A stretch of 64,000 nucleotides of DNA, taken from IMG/VR virus record IMGVR_UViG_3300031519_004559; one strand, 5' to 3'. Below the pieces are notes generated by a model, which saw nothing but the letters and a program-made list of their open reading frames with translations, was not told the origin of the DNA and searched no databases. The position numbers were made by a program, and so were the translations under genes. The stretch is from a virus. This document shows positions 6,984 through 18,200 of this stretch, in pieces; position 1 is the first letter of the stretch; each line of letters starts with the position of its first letter.

Positions 6984-9587
6984 ATGGCTGATTACTCCCC
7001 ACAGAACTTAATTGCACAAGCAACAAAAGCAGGTAAATCTGTACAAGACTTTGCTGAATCTAAAGCAAACAGTGTTGCTAAAGCATTTACAACATCAAGT
7101 AACATTAATGTAAATGCTATTGCTGACTCGATAGACGGCGCAATCACAGGAAAACTAGCAGCAGCAATTGATCCAGTTTTAAATATTCCATTGGATTATA
7201 GAACAGAATTACAGTACGAAAATGCTGAATTACAAAAGTTTGCAAAAATGCTAGGAGTTACAACAAAGGCTGGTCCTCCATTTCCAAATGAACTTAGAGA
7301 TTTTGCAAGTTACAATTATGTAATTGGACTAGGTGTGCTTAATACATACGAAGTAAACTTTCCTGATGCTACTTATAGAAAGCGTGATCCTGCTATTATG
7401 ATTACTCGTTCGGGCGGCGGGTTGTCCGGCAAAGCAACAACTATGTTTGAAACAAAAGGAAAGATAGAATACTATATAGATAATTTTGAAACAAATGCTA
7501 TTATAGGTAACAACACAAAAACAAAACAAACAAATGCAGTATCTATTGATTTCCAAGTAACTGAGCCGTATTCAATGGGAATGTTTTTACAAACATTACA
7601 AGTTGCCGCAGTACAAGCAGAATATAAAAATTATCTCGAAGCTCCATATGTAATAACTTTAGATTTTAAAGGATGGGACGATAACGGAAATTATGTATCT
7701 AAACCAAATTTGCGCAGAATTTTCCCAATTAAGTTGGTTAAAATAGACTTTAGTGTTACAGAAGGAGGCAGTGTTTATAGTGTACGAGCCATACCGTGGC
7801 ATGAGCAAGGGTTATCAGACCAAGTGCAAGCAACTAAAACTGACATTACTATAACAGGTACTACTGTAGCAGAACTTTTACAAAGTGGTGCAAAAAGTTT
7901 AATGTCTTCATTTAACGAATATGAACAGAAAAAATTAGAAAAAAAACAAGTAGTAGCTGTAGACGAATATATTATAACATTTCCTACTGAACGAGCTACA
8001 TCAAAAGAACAATTATTAGGTCAAGATACTGAAGAAGGCACAGCTACAACTAATCCTGAATTAAATTCGGGAGAAGGCGAAAAGCGTGAATTTACTGATG
8101 CAGAAAAATTAAAACTTTATCAAAGTATTTCAGGTAATGATGACAATAATGTGCCTGCTGACTTTGATACAGAGTTAAGTAAACTTCTTGGTATAGTTGT
8201 TAAGCGATCTGGAATTGGAGAAGCTGTTAGAGAAAATGCAGAAAATCCAGATAATATAAATGATATCGGAAAAGCGGAATTAATAGAGTCTTATTTAGAT
8301 GGTGGCAAACAGCCGTTTGGTCGACCTAAGTTTGTTGAAGAAACACAATCAACAGGTGGCCCGCCTAATAGAGATACTTCTATTAGTACAGGTGTTTTTA
8401 AAAGAGGTAATATTTCTATTAGTAATAAAGGACGGGACTTGACATTTAAGTCTGGTACAAAGATTCAAAACATTATTGAAGAAATAATTATCCTTAGTGA
8501 TTATGGTAGAAAAATTTCTGAAGCAGTACCTGATGGTAACGGTATGATTCCGTGGTTTAAAATTGAAACTGATGTGTATGAAATTACAAATTATGAACAG
8601 ATGGACATAACAGGACAGTTTCCTAAATTGTTTGTGTTTAGAGTAGTTCCATATAAAGCACATATTAATAGATACATGCCGCCAACAAAGGCAAGCCCGG
8701 GTATTAAGGAATTAGAAAGGCAAGTATGTAAACAATACGACTACATTTATACTGGACAAAATGACGATATTATAGAATTTAATTTAGAATTTGATAAAGC
8801 ATTTTTTACTAGTATTATGCCTTTTGGCGGTGCAAATAAAGCTGGTACAAAAACTGAAAAAGAAAATAGCCCTGGTGGACCACCTGGGCATACTGAATAC
8901 ACTCAACGAGCTGGCGATACTGACAACATGAGTTCTAGTGGTAATGCTACTTCAAAAGAAATAATAGCGCCGGGTAGTCGAAGTAACGGCGGCATGATGG
9001 AACGAACTAAAGAATCTATTGCACGTGATTTCAATGATGCTTTAGTAAACAGTAGTGTTGATTTAGTTATGGCCGACATGACTATTTGGGGCGACCCTTA
9101 TTATATTACAGACAGTGGTATGGGTAATTATAATGCTGCAGAAACTGACATTATTAACATGACTGAAGATGGAACAATGGATTATCAAAGTTCTGAAGTT
9201 GATATTCTTATAAATTTTAGAACGCCGTTAGATTATAACCAAGAAGGCGGCATGGATTTTCCTGGAGGCGGAACAAAACCTGTAGGTGCGTTTAGTGGAC
9301 TATACCAAGTTATATTTTGTATGTCAAGTATGACGGGCGGAGTATTTAATCAACAATTAAAATTAATTAGAAGACGTAACCAGACCGGACGTGATACACT
9401 AAGTGAATCTACAAATACAGACAATGCAATAATGAAAGAAAAAGTTGAAGAGTCAGCAGATGCAAAAACTAACCAAGGCGCAGGTACCGAACAGGCATCT
9501 AACAGCGCAGGTACCGAAGATGATTCATTTGAACAAGATCATGCTGCTTATCTAAAAAAAGCAAATAGAGCGTCAGGCAGAGGATAA
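6984..9587 (+). CDS. Baseplate hub protein (gp27-like, enlarged)
   Basis: Position between gp53 and gp5; C-terminal MTIWGDP...FSGLYQV...GVFNQQLKLIR hub-type motif. Confidence 0.6.
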   Translation: MADYSPQNLIAQATKAGKSVQDFAESKANSVAKAFTTSSNINVNAIADSIDGAITGKLAAAIDPVLNIPLDYRTELQYENAELQKFAKMLGVTTKAGPPFPNELRDFASYNYVIGLGVLNTYEVNFPDATYRKRDPAIMITRSGGGLSGKATTMFETKGKIEYYIDNFETNAIIGNNTKTKQTNAVSIDFQVTEPYSMGMFLQTLQVAAVQAEYKNYLEAPYVITLDFKGWDDNGNYVSKPNLRRIFPIKLVKIDFSVTEGGSVYSVRAIPWHEQGLSDQVQATKTDITITGTTVAELLQSGAKSLMSSFNEYEQKKLEKKQVVAVDEYIITFPTERATSKEQLLGQDTEEGTATTNPELNSGEGEKREFTDAEKLKLYQSISGNDDNNVPADFDTELSKLLGIVVKRSGIGEAVRENAENPDNINDIGKAELIESYLDGGKQPFGRPKFVEETQSTGGPPNRDTSISTGVFKRGNISISNKGRDLTFKSGTKIQNIIEEIIILSDYGRKISEAVPDGNGMIPWFKIETDVYEITNYEQMDITGQFPKLFVFRVVPYKAHINRYMPPTKASPGIKELERQVCKQYDYIYTGQNDDIIEFNLEFDKAFFTSIMPFGGANKAGTKTEKENSPGGPPGHTEYTQRAGDTDNMSSSGNATSKEIIAPGSRSNGGMMERTKESIARDFNDALVNSSVDLVMADMTIWGDPYYITDSGMGNYNAAETDIINMTEDGTMDYQSSEVDILINFRTPLDYNQEGGMDFPGGGTKPVGAFSGLYQVIFCMSSMTGGVFNQQLKLIRRRNQTGRDTLSESTNTDNAIMKEKVEESADAKTNQGAGTEQASNSAGTEDDSFEQDHAAYLKKANRASGRG
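9478..9518 (+). repeat. 14-bp direct repeat GCGCAGGTACCGAA (27-bp period) in the low-complexity tail of the hub gene
   Basis: Exact copies at 9478-9491 and 9505-9518. Confidence 0.8.
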
Positions 9588-9601
9588 TTTAGGATAATAT
9601 A

Positions 9602-10969
9602 ATGAGTAGTAGAAACCAAACTACAAGAACCAATCGCCCAGATTGGATGGAAACATCAGGACCTTATATAGGTAAGATTGTTAATCACTTAGACAGTGAA
9701 TATATGGGTGCTATCGAAGTAGAAATTTTAAAACTTAACGAATCAGGCAATCCTGAAGGAAGCAGCGGCTATCTAATGCCGTGTTACTATGTAAGTCCGT
9801 TTTACGGTGTTACTCCACGTGAGGGCGTAAAGGCTAATCCTGGATTTGATTCTACACAAAAAAGTTACGGCATGTGGGCAATTCCACCCGATGTAGGCAC
9901 TAAGGTAGTTGTGCTTGCAATGGAAGAAAGTTACGGTTTTGGATATTGGATAGGATGTGTGCAAGACAAGTATATGAATTTTATGCTGCCAGGCAGAGCT
10001 TCAACTACATATAATTCAGAAGATAAAACAAAAGCAAAACCAGTTGGCGAATATAATAAAGAATTAGAAACTGCAATAGGCAGAGATCCTACAAAATATA
10101 TTAAGCCTTGTGATATGGACACCTGTGATGTTTTAGATACACAGGGATTAGATGGAGACACAACAAGAGGTACAACTACAACTAGTGCAAGGCGTGAAGT
10201 TCCTAGTATGGTATTTGGTTGGAGTACTCCGGGACCTGCAGATAGGAGACAAGGAAAGCCTACAGCATCTTACGGTGAAAATTTTGGCAGGACTCAAGTT
10301 CCTTTTAGTAGATTAGGCGGAACTACTTTTGTAATGGACGACGGCGATCCTATGCTTCTAAGAAAAACACCACCAGGTGAAGGACCACCGGAATACGGTA
10401 GTGTAGAAAAAAACGAAGCTGGTGATGCTACATTGCCTCATAATGAATTAACAAGATGGCGCACTAGAACCGGTCATCAAATTCTTATGCATAATACAGA
10501 AGATTTAATTTATATAGGTAATGCTAAAGGATCAACTTGGATTGAAATGACCTCAGCAGGAAAAATAGATATTTTTGCAAACGATAGTGTTAGCGTACAT
10601 ACAAAAAATGATTTAAACATTACTGCTGATAGAGACATTATAATGACTGCTGGAAGAAACATAAGTTTGAAAGCAGGAAAAGACGGGTTAATTACTGCCG
10701 GCGAAGGCACCCATATTTCTGCAAAAACTCATACAGAAACTGCCCCAGATGGGATTCATATGAACGGACCTGCAGCAACACCTGCTTATACTCCTATGCG
10801 AACTCCGCAACATGAGCCTTGGATGGGACACGAAAATTTAAGTCCTGGAGATTTTACTTCAGCAAAAACAGCAGCTGATCCTACTTCGGGTAACACTGCT
10901 GATGCTACAGGCAATAATTTCACTGCTGCATACACTCCGGTTGCAGATACTTTTAGAAAAGGACAATAA
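9602..10969 (+). CDS. gp5: Baseplate central spike gp5/VgrG-like (no lysozyme domain evident)
   Basis: N-terminal OB-fold (SYGMWAIPPDVGTKVVV...YWIGC), RTRTGHQILM, beta-helix repeats (SVSVHTKNDLNITADRDIIMTAGRNISLKAG). Confidence 0.8.
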   Translation: MSSRNQTTRTNRPDWMETSGPYIGKIVNHLDSEYMGAIEVEILKLNESGNPEGSSGYLMPCYYVSPFYGVTPREGVKANPGFDSTQKSYGMWAIPPDVGTKVVVLAMEESYGFGYWIGCVQDKYMNFMLPGRASTTYNSEDKTKAKPVGEYNKELETAIGRDPTKYIKPCDMDTCDVLDTQGLDGDTTRGTTTTSARREVPSMVFGWSTPGPADRRQGKPTASYGENFGRTQVPFSRLGGTTFVMDDGDPMLLRKTPPGEGPPEYGSVEKNEAGDATLPHNELTRWRTRTGHQILMHNTEDLIYIGNAKGSTWIEMTSAGKIDIFANDSVSVHTKNDLNITADRDIIMTAGRNISLKAGKDGLITAGEGTHISAKTHTETAPDGIHMNGPAATPAYTPMRTPQHEPWMGHENLSPGDFTSAKTAADPTSGNTADATGNNFTAAYTPVADTFRKGQ

Positions 10970-10971
10970 CA

Positions 10972-11262
10972 ATGAATTACCTAGCAAAAATGTACAGCCG
11001 CAACAAGCCGGCAGTAGAGAGCTCATCTAAGGATAAGAATCCTAATCGTGTTAGTGGAGGCTTAAAGGCACAAGGCGGCGATCACTTTACTATGATTGCT
11101 GAGAATGGCTTAGAGCAGCAGATACCTACACAACGCTATGTACAGAGTTTAGAAGAGCAGTCGAGAAAACAGCGAACATCTATTACTGTATTAGAGCGTA
11201 AGATAACTCGCTGCGAAACAGCAATTGAACAGTTGAAGTCTGTAGTTAGAAACGGAGAGTAA
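10972..11262 (+). CDS. Hypothetical protein with C-terminal coiled coil
   Basis: 96-aa ORF exactly filling the gp5-gp25 gap, AAGGA SD. Confidence 0.65.
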   Translation: MNYLAKMYSRNKPAVESSSKDKNPNRVSGGLKAQGGDHFTMIAENGLEQQIPTQRYVQSLEEQSRKQRTSITVLERKITRCETAIEQLKSVVRNGE

Positions 11263-11264
11263 GG

Positions 11265-11270
11265 TAAATA
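11265..11270 (+). promoter_or_regulatory. Putative late promoter TAAATA (gp25)
   Basis: GGTAAATA 4 nt upstream of ATG 11275. Confidence 0.55.
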
Positions 11271-11274
11271 TAGT

Positions 11275-11727
11275 ATGAGCAATTTAGAAAAACAACTTTA
11301 CAAACAAATTAGGGTTCCTAGTAAAAAAACTACGAGCCAAGCTATTCCGGGGTCTCGTACATATAGAGGAATTAGCACAGTTAACGAAGGCAATTCTTCT
11401 AAAGTTTTATATGACCTTGCTCTAATAAAACAAGATATTTTAAATCACTTTCATATAAGACAGGGTGAAAAATTAAGCGATCCGGAATTTGGAACTATTA
11501 TTTGGGACGCACTTTTTGAACCGTTTACTGGCGATATGAAAAACGCAATAATTGAGAATGTTTCAACTATTATAAATTATGATCCAAGAATAAAAGTTAA
11601 TAACGTTGTAGTTGATCAGTACGAGAGTGGCCTGCAGATAGAAGTAAATCTTACCTATCTTCCTTATAATATTTCAGAAAATATGAAATTAACATTCGAT
11701 CAAAACAACGGATTTTTAAACACATAA
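11275..11727 (+). CDS. gp25: Baseplate wedge subunit gp25-like
   Basis: DLALIKQDILNHF..RQGEKLSDPEFGT.IWDALFEP, YDPRI motifs. Confidence 0.9.
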   Translation: MSNLEKQLYKQIRVPSKKTTSQAIPGSRTYRGISTVNEGNSSKVLYDLALIKQDILNHFHIRQGEKLSDPEFGTIIWDALFEPFTGDMKNAIIENVSTIINYDPRIKVNNVVVDQYESGLQIEVNLTYLPYNISENMKLTFDQNNGFLNT

Positions 11728-11753
11728 TAATATACGTACTTATCTCATTCAGC

Positions 11754-11759
11754 TAAATA
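11754..11759 (+). promoter_or_regulatory. Putative late promoter TAAATA (gp6)
   Basis: GCTAAATA in the intergenic gap, followed by AAGGAAG SD and ATG 11779. Confidence 0.65.
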
Positions 11760-11778
11760 TAGTATAGAAGGAAGAGCC

Positions 11779-14700
11779 ATGTCATCCACAGATAGACAAA
11801 ACAGATTATTAGTAGCAGAGGATTGGAAACGTATATATCAGACGTATAACAACGCTGATTTTAAATCATACGACTTTGATAATCTCCGCAGAACTATGAT
11901 CTCGTATTTGAGAGAGAATTATCCAGAGGACTTTAATGATTACATTGAAAGTTCAGAATACCTTGCAATAATTGATCTTATTGCATTTTTAGGACAAAAC
12001 CTTGCATTTAGAATTGACTTAAATGCTAGAGAAAATTATTTAGAATTAGCTGAACGTAGAGAGTCGGTATTACGTCTTGCACGTTTGCTTTCATACAATC
12101 CTAAACGAAATATTGCTGCTAACGGTTTACTTAAAATTGAAAGCGTAAGAACTACTGAAACGCTTTTAGATAGCAATAACTTTAATTTAGAACAACAAAC
12201 AATTTTGTGGAACGATCCGTCTAACCCAGACTGGAACGAGCAATTTACAAAAGTTTTAAACTCTGCATTACCAGTTAATGGAACTTTTGGCAGACCAGTC
12301 AAAAAAGAAGTTGTAAACGGAGTACCTACACAACAATACAGATTTAACAGTACAAATGCTGATGTTCCTGCATATAGCTTTTCAAAACCTGTAGACGGCT
12401 CAACAACAAGATTTGAAATTGTGTCAACAGATATTTCCGATGGTGCTATTTTAGAAGAATCGCCCTTTCCGGGAAACAACTTTGCATTTTTATATAGAGA
12501 CGACGGACGTGGCCCAGCAAGTTCAAACTCGGGGTTCTTTTGTCACTTTAGACAAGGTACGTTAGATCAAGGAACATTTAACGTATCTAATCCTAGTAGT
12601 AATCAAACTGTAGCAGTTGATGCAACAAATGTAAACAACACAGATGTTTGGCTCTACAAATTAGACAGTTTTGGAAATGAAGTCGAACAGTGGACTAAAG
12701 TAGAAGCTGTTGAAGGCAACAATGTAATTTACAATAGTTTGTCAAAAAATATTAGAAATATTTTTAGTATATTAACTAGAATTGACGACAGAGTAAGTTT
12801 AATATTTTCCGATGGCGTGTTTGGCAATTTACCTCAAGGCAACTTTAGAGTTTACTATAGAACTAGTAAAAATCAAAGACTTGTTGTAGATCCTAAAGAT
12901 ATGCGTGGCATAAGCATAGATATACCGTATGCGTCAAGAACAGGAAAAATTGAAACTATATCAATAACCTATAGTTTACAAACTACAGTTGATAATGCAA
13001 CAGTATCTGAAACTAATGCTAATATACGTCAACGTGCTCCAGCTACTTACTATACACAAAATAGATTAGTAACCGGCGAAGATTATCAAATTGGACCGTT
13101 GGGAGTAAGCCAAGAAATTATAAAAACTAAATCAGTTAATAGAACTGCAAGTGGCATTAGTAGATATTTTGATTTATTAGATGCTACTGGAAAATATAGC
13201 AAAACTAACCTGTTCGGTACAGATGGTGTGCTGTATAAAGAATTTACAACTAATAAAGAAAAATTTACATTTGTTACACAGACTGATGTTTCGGGAGTAA
13301 TACTTAATAATATAACTCCGATATTATCAAGTAAGCAAATGAGAAATTATTACTTTGTAAAATTTCCAAAAACTGACACAAGTGATTTGAATATTACTTG
13401 GGTACAATCTTCTTCGGATACAAATTTAAGTACAGGCTATTTACAAAACGTAAACAGCATTAAACAGTTATTGGGAACATTTACAACTAGCATTTTAAAA
13501 CTAATACGTCCCGGCACAAGTTTGAAATTTAATGCACCTGCAGGCAAACATTTTATGCCTGACGGTACTTTAATGGACGGCGAAGCAACTCATTTAAATT
13601 CAAGATCTTACAAATGGGTTAAAGTAATAAGTGTATCAGGAAACGGAACCGAAGTGAGTGCAACAGGAACAGGTCCTGTTACGTTTAATGATATTATTCC
13701 TAGCACTGCAAAACTAGTTGAAATTAAACCATTCTTAGCTAAAAATTTACAAACGGATGTGCAAGCACAACTTACTGATCAAATTTTTGCTTATAAGACA
13801 TTTGGTTTAAGATTTGATATTAATTTAGGTCAATGGCGTATAATTACAGAAACTAATTTAAACGTTACTGGAGCATTTAATACAGGTAAAACTGGTGACA
13901 ATACTAATCAACAATTAGATGCAAGTTGGTTGTTAAAGTTTACAAATGACGGCGAAACATATACTGTTGAATCAAAAGGCAGTAGATATGTGTTTGAAAG
14001 CGATCAAGAAATAAGATTCTATTTTGATAGTAGTGACAAAATATACAACAGCCTTACAGGAAAAATAGTTAAAGATAAAATTGGTGTATTAAACAATAAT
14101 AATAAACCTGATAGTGTTAATAGTTTCACAGTTGACATGGATTGGGAAATTACAAAAGAATATCGAGACGTTGAAGGATATGTAAACAGTAAAAAAGTTG
14201 AAGTTACATTCTTTGATGAAGACGACGATGGAGTAGTTGACGATCCTGAAATTTTTGATGTTATTGTTGATGAAGATATTAACCCATTAACCAAATACGT
14301 GTTTCAGAAAAAACTTGTTACAACTGACGGTGTCGAAGATTATAATTATGTAGACAATGCAGTTGAAGGCATTCTTATAAAACTAAACGAAGATACAGTA
14401 GGTGCGCTAAGTGCTTATAATAATAATCAAATTTTTTACTTAACTAACACAGAAGTTTTTAAGAAATACGATTCGTCTTTGGGAACACTAACATTAATAA
14501 CAGATTATAAAGCACATATAGGCAGAGATAAACTTAAATTTCAATATGTACATGCTGCTGACGATAACACTCGAATTGATCCTAGTTCAAGTAATATAAT
14601 TGATACGTATTTGCTTACTAGAACATATGATACAAGTTATAGAAAATATCTAGACGGTACAACAATAACAAAACCGTTAACGCCGTCTAGTGATAGTTTA

Positions 14701-15264
14701 TTCCAATCATATGGTGCTGAAATTAATAAAATAAAATCATTAAGTGACGAAGTTATATATCATCCTGTAAAATATAAAGTTTTATTTGGAGCCAATGCTA
14801 CTTTAGATTTACAATCATCTTTTAAAATTGTAAAGAATCCAGAGTTAGTATTAAATGATAACGATATTAAATCAAGAGTAATTAGTGCAATCAATGAATT
14901 TTTTGCATTAGAAAATTGGGAGTTTGGCGATATCTTCTATTTCTCAGAACTTTCGACATATGTAATGAATCAATTATCACCTGACGTAGTAACATTCTTA
15001 ATTGTTCCTGCGCAAGTATCACAATCTTTTGGTTCGTTATACGAAATTAAATCAGAATTAGATGAAATTTTTATAAGCGGAGCAACTGTTGATAATTTAG
15101 AAATAATAGATGCTATAACAGCAACTAAAATTAGTGCATCAGGAACTGTTGTAACAAGTTCTATAACAGCAAACACAGGCATTACAAGTTCAAGTAGTTC
15201 AAATACAGGGATTACAAGTTCAAGTAGTTCAAACAATAGCAGTAGCGGAGGTAGTAGTTACTAA
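11779..15264 (+). CDS. gp6: Baseplate wedge subunit gp6-like
   Basis: YDFDNLRRTMISYL, AERRESVLRLARLLSYNP, FSDGVFGNLP, IRQRAPATYYTQNRLVTGEDY. Confidence 0.9.
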   Translation: MSSTDRQNRLLVAEDWKRIYQTYNNADFKSYDFDNLRRTMISYLRENYPEDFNDYIESSEYLAIIDLIAFLGQNLAFRIDLNARENYLELAERRESVLRLARLLSYNPKRNIAANGLLKIESVRTTETLLDSNNFNLEQQTILWNDPSNPDWNEQFTKVLNSALPVNGTFGRPVKKEVVNGVPTQQYRFNSTNADVPAYSFSKPVDGSTTRFEIVSTDISDGAILEESPFPGNNFAFLYRDDGRGPASSNSGFFCHFRQGTLDQGTFNVSNPSSNQTVAVDATNVNNTDVWLYKLDSFGNEVEQWTKVEAVEGNNVIYNSLSKNIRNIFSILTRIDDRVSLIFSDGVFGNLPQGNFRVYYRTSKNQRLVVDPKDMRGISIDIPYASRTGKIETISITYSLQTTVDNATVSETNANIRQRAPATYYTQNRLVTGEDYQIGPLGVSQEIIKTKSVNRTASGISRYFDLLDATGKYSKTNLFGTDGVLYKEFTTNKEKFTFVTQTDVSGVILNNITPILSSKQMRNYYFVKFPKTDTSDLNITWVQSSSDTNLSTGYLQNVNSIKQLLGTFTTSILKLIRPGTSLKFNAPAGKHFMPDGTLMDGEATHLNSRSYKWVKVISVSGNGTEVSATGTGPVTFNDIIPSTAKLVEIKPFLAKNLQTDVQAQLTDQIFAYKTFGLRFDINLGQWRIITETNLNVTGAFNTGKTGDNTNQQLDASWLLKFTNDGETYTVESKGSRYVFESDQEIRFYFDSSDKIYNSLTGKIVKDKIGVLNNNNKPDSVNSFTVDMDWEITKEYRDVEGYVNSKKVEVTFFDEDDDGVVDDPEIFDVIVDEDINPLTKYVFQKKLVTTDGVEDYNYVDNAVEGILIKLNEDTVGALSAYNNNQIFYLTNTEVFKKYDSSLGTLTLITDYKAHIGRDKLKFQYVHAADDNTRIDPSSSNIIDTYLLTRTYDTSYRKYLDGTTITKPLTPSSDSLFQSYGAEINKIKSLSDEVIYHPVKYKVLFGANATLDLQSSFKIVKNPELVLNDNDIKSRVISAINEFFALENWEFGDIFYFSELSTYVMNQLSPDVVTFLIVPAQVSQSFGSLYEIKSELDEIFISGATVDNLEIIDAITATKISASGTVVTSSITANTGITSSSSSNTGITSSSSSNNSSSGGSSY
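15171..15230 (+). repeat. 30-bp tandem duplication encoding NTGITSSSSS x2 in the Ser-rich gp6 tail
   Basis: 15171-15200 and 15201-15230 are identical at 28/30 positions. Confidence 0.9.
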
Positions 15265-18200
15265 TGGCATACGACAAAGATCAAATGGAGCCAGCACTTC
15301 CAGGTGGCGATGATAGCATTAGAAGAAAAAGCGAAAATCACTTACCTAGATATTTCAGAACTTCACACAACTCTAAATTTTTATCTAGCACACTTGACCA
15401 GTTAATACAACCGGGAGTAGCAGAAAAGTTAAACGGCTATCTTGGACGTAAAGTTAGTAAAGCATTTAAGCCTACAGATAATTATATTGGAGCAGTTACT
15501 AGCAGTAGAGAACAATATCAACTTGAGCCTGCGGCAGTTATTAAAGATAACTTAGGTAATGTTACCTATTATAAAGACTATAATGATTATATAAACACTG
15601 TAAGTAATCTTGGCGGAAGTGTAACAGATCATAGTAGACTAAACACTCAAGAAACATATGCTTGGAACCCGCATATTGATTGGGACAAGTTTACAAATTA
15701 TAGAGAATACTATTGGCTACCTAATGGCCCTGACCTAGTGACAGTTATAGGACAAACAAAAGATGTTATTAGTACATACACTGTTGCCTTAGGACAAAAT
15801 GTTGATAATGTAACATATGTATTTTCACCCGACGGTCTAACAAATAATCCAACGTTGAAACTATATAGAGGCCAGACTTATAGATTTGAAATTGACACAC
15901 CAAATCATCCTATGGCGTTTGCAACAAAGAAAAGTTTCACACCTGGCGAAGCAGTAGTTATTGAAACTACAGATGGTGTTCGTAGTTCAGGCGTATTTGA
16001 TGTTGTCTTGTATGATCAAGACGGTACAGCATATGATGCTGGCGGGTTTATTATAGATCCTGTAACTCAAGCACAGGCAGTTGGAAGTGTAAGTTTTGGA
16101 GATGCAACTAATACTAGTTTAATATATGATACTGGTATTTCTAAGGTTGACGCTGACGGTAACGCACTTGCTACAGTCTATATTGAAAAAGGTATCATAG
16201 AATTTACAATACCGGATACTGCTCCAGATGCATTATATTACATTTCAAAAAATGATCCTAATGTAGCAGGATATATGCAGATCTTTGACATTGAAGATAA
16301 TACTGCTATTAATGTCGAAGCAGACATTTTAGGTAAAAAAACTTATACTACTAGTAACGGGTTTGCCTTGTCAAATGGCATGAAAGTAGAGTTTGCTGGA
16401 GAAGTTACGCCTGTAAAATATGCCTCTAATGAATGGTATGTTGAAGGTGTTGGCGACAAAATAAAATTAGTGCGCCAATCAGATCTAACAGTTAGTGGAT
16501 CATTTACTGACGATATTTCTGTACCCTTTGACGCCCAAGGATTTGACTTTTATCCATTTAGTGATGCAATAGGATATCCTACTAAAAAAGATTATATAGT
16601 TATTAACCGTGCAAGTTTAGATGGAAATCTATGGAGTAGATACAATAGATGGTTCCATAAATCTGTTGTCGAAACAAGTAATACGTTAAGCAATAATCCG
16701 TCAACAATACTAGAAGACTCTAGAGCAAAAAGACCAATTATTGAATTTAATCAGGGTTTAAAATTATTTAATTTTGGAACAAAGTCTAAAACAGATGTTG
16801 ATTTAGTAGATACCTTTACAACAGATATATTTTCTACTATTGAAGGTAGTGCAGGATACAATGTTGACGGAGTGAATCTTACTAACGGAATGCGTGTATT
16901 ATTCACAGCAGATACAGATGACTTAGTAAGTGGAAAGATTTACAAAGTAAGTTTTATTACTTTTAGGAACAACATCCAAATATCATTAGTTGAAGAAACA
17001 GACACTCCTCCAGTTACTAATGAAAACGTTTTTGTAAAATTTGGCACAGTTAATGGCGGAAAGTTTTTTAGTTATAACGGAACTACGTGGACAGTAAGTC
17101 AACAAAAAACTTCAATTAATCAACAACCGTTATTTGACATGTACGATGCTAAAGGAAATGCGTTTAGTAATACAACTAACTATAATTCAACAACGTTTGC
17201 TGGTAATAAGATATTTGCATATAAAGTTGGTACAGGAACTAATGATGCAGAATTAGGATTTCCGCTTTCGTATAGAAATATAACAAATACTGGTGATATA
17301 ACATTTGACTTTGCATTAACTGGTAATACATTTACATACCAAGTTGGCACTGTACTTTATACATCTAAAACAGAAACAGGGTTCTTAAGAAAGTATTCTA
17401 CAATTGATACTTTTGAATATACGAATGGATGGCTCAAAACAGCTAAACTAAGTAACCAGCCTGTAATCAGACAATACATATACGATAATACAACTGATAA
17501 CTTCTATATAGACGTTTATAATAATGTTGATTACATTACTAACTTGTGGTTAACAGTTTACTTAAACAACAAACTGCAATTCAAAGATGTTGACTACACT
17601 GTTGCGCAAGACGTAAACGGAGTTTCATATATTACATTTGCAAATAGTCTTACTACAGATGATGTAATTGTTTTAAAAACAAAAAGTAAATATCCTAAGA
17701 ACGATAATGGATATTATGAAATAGCTAAAAACTTAGAGCGCAATCCGCTTAACGATGATATTACGGAATTTACTCTAGGTGAAGTTAATGATCACGTATC
17801 TACAATAGTTGAAGAAATTAATAATTTTTCAGGAGTATTTCCTGGACCAAGTAACTTGCGTGATATAGGAAATTTATCAGCTAACGGCAAAAAGTTTTTA
17901 AAACATAGTGGTCCTATAAATTTAGCAATGTATCATTTAGTTGACCCTCAAGCAAACATTGTAAAATCAATGCGTTATGCTAGAAGAGAATACGGCAAGT
18001 TTAAAAGACAATTTTTAGAAACTGCAAACACCTTAGGCTTTGAAGGTCCAGTTAAAGAACACGTAGATAATATATTAAAAGAAATGAACAAAGATAAAAC
18101 GTCTAGTATGCCGTTTTACTTTAGTGACATGATTCCACAAGGCGGTTCTGTAAAAACTACCCATGCTGTATTAGATTCAGATGAAAGATATTTTCCATTA

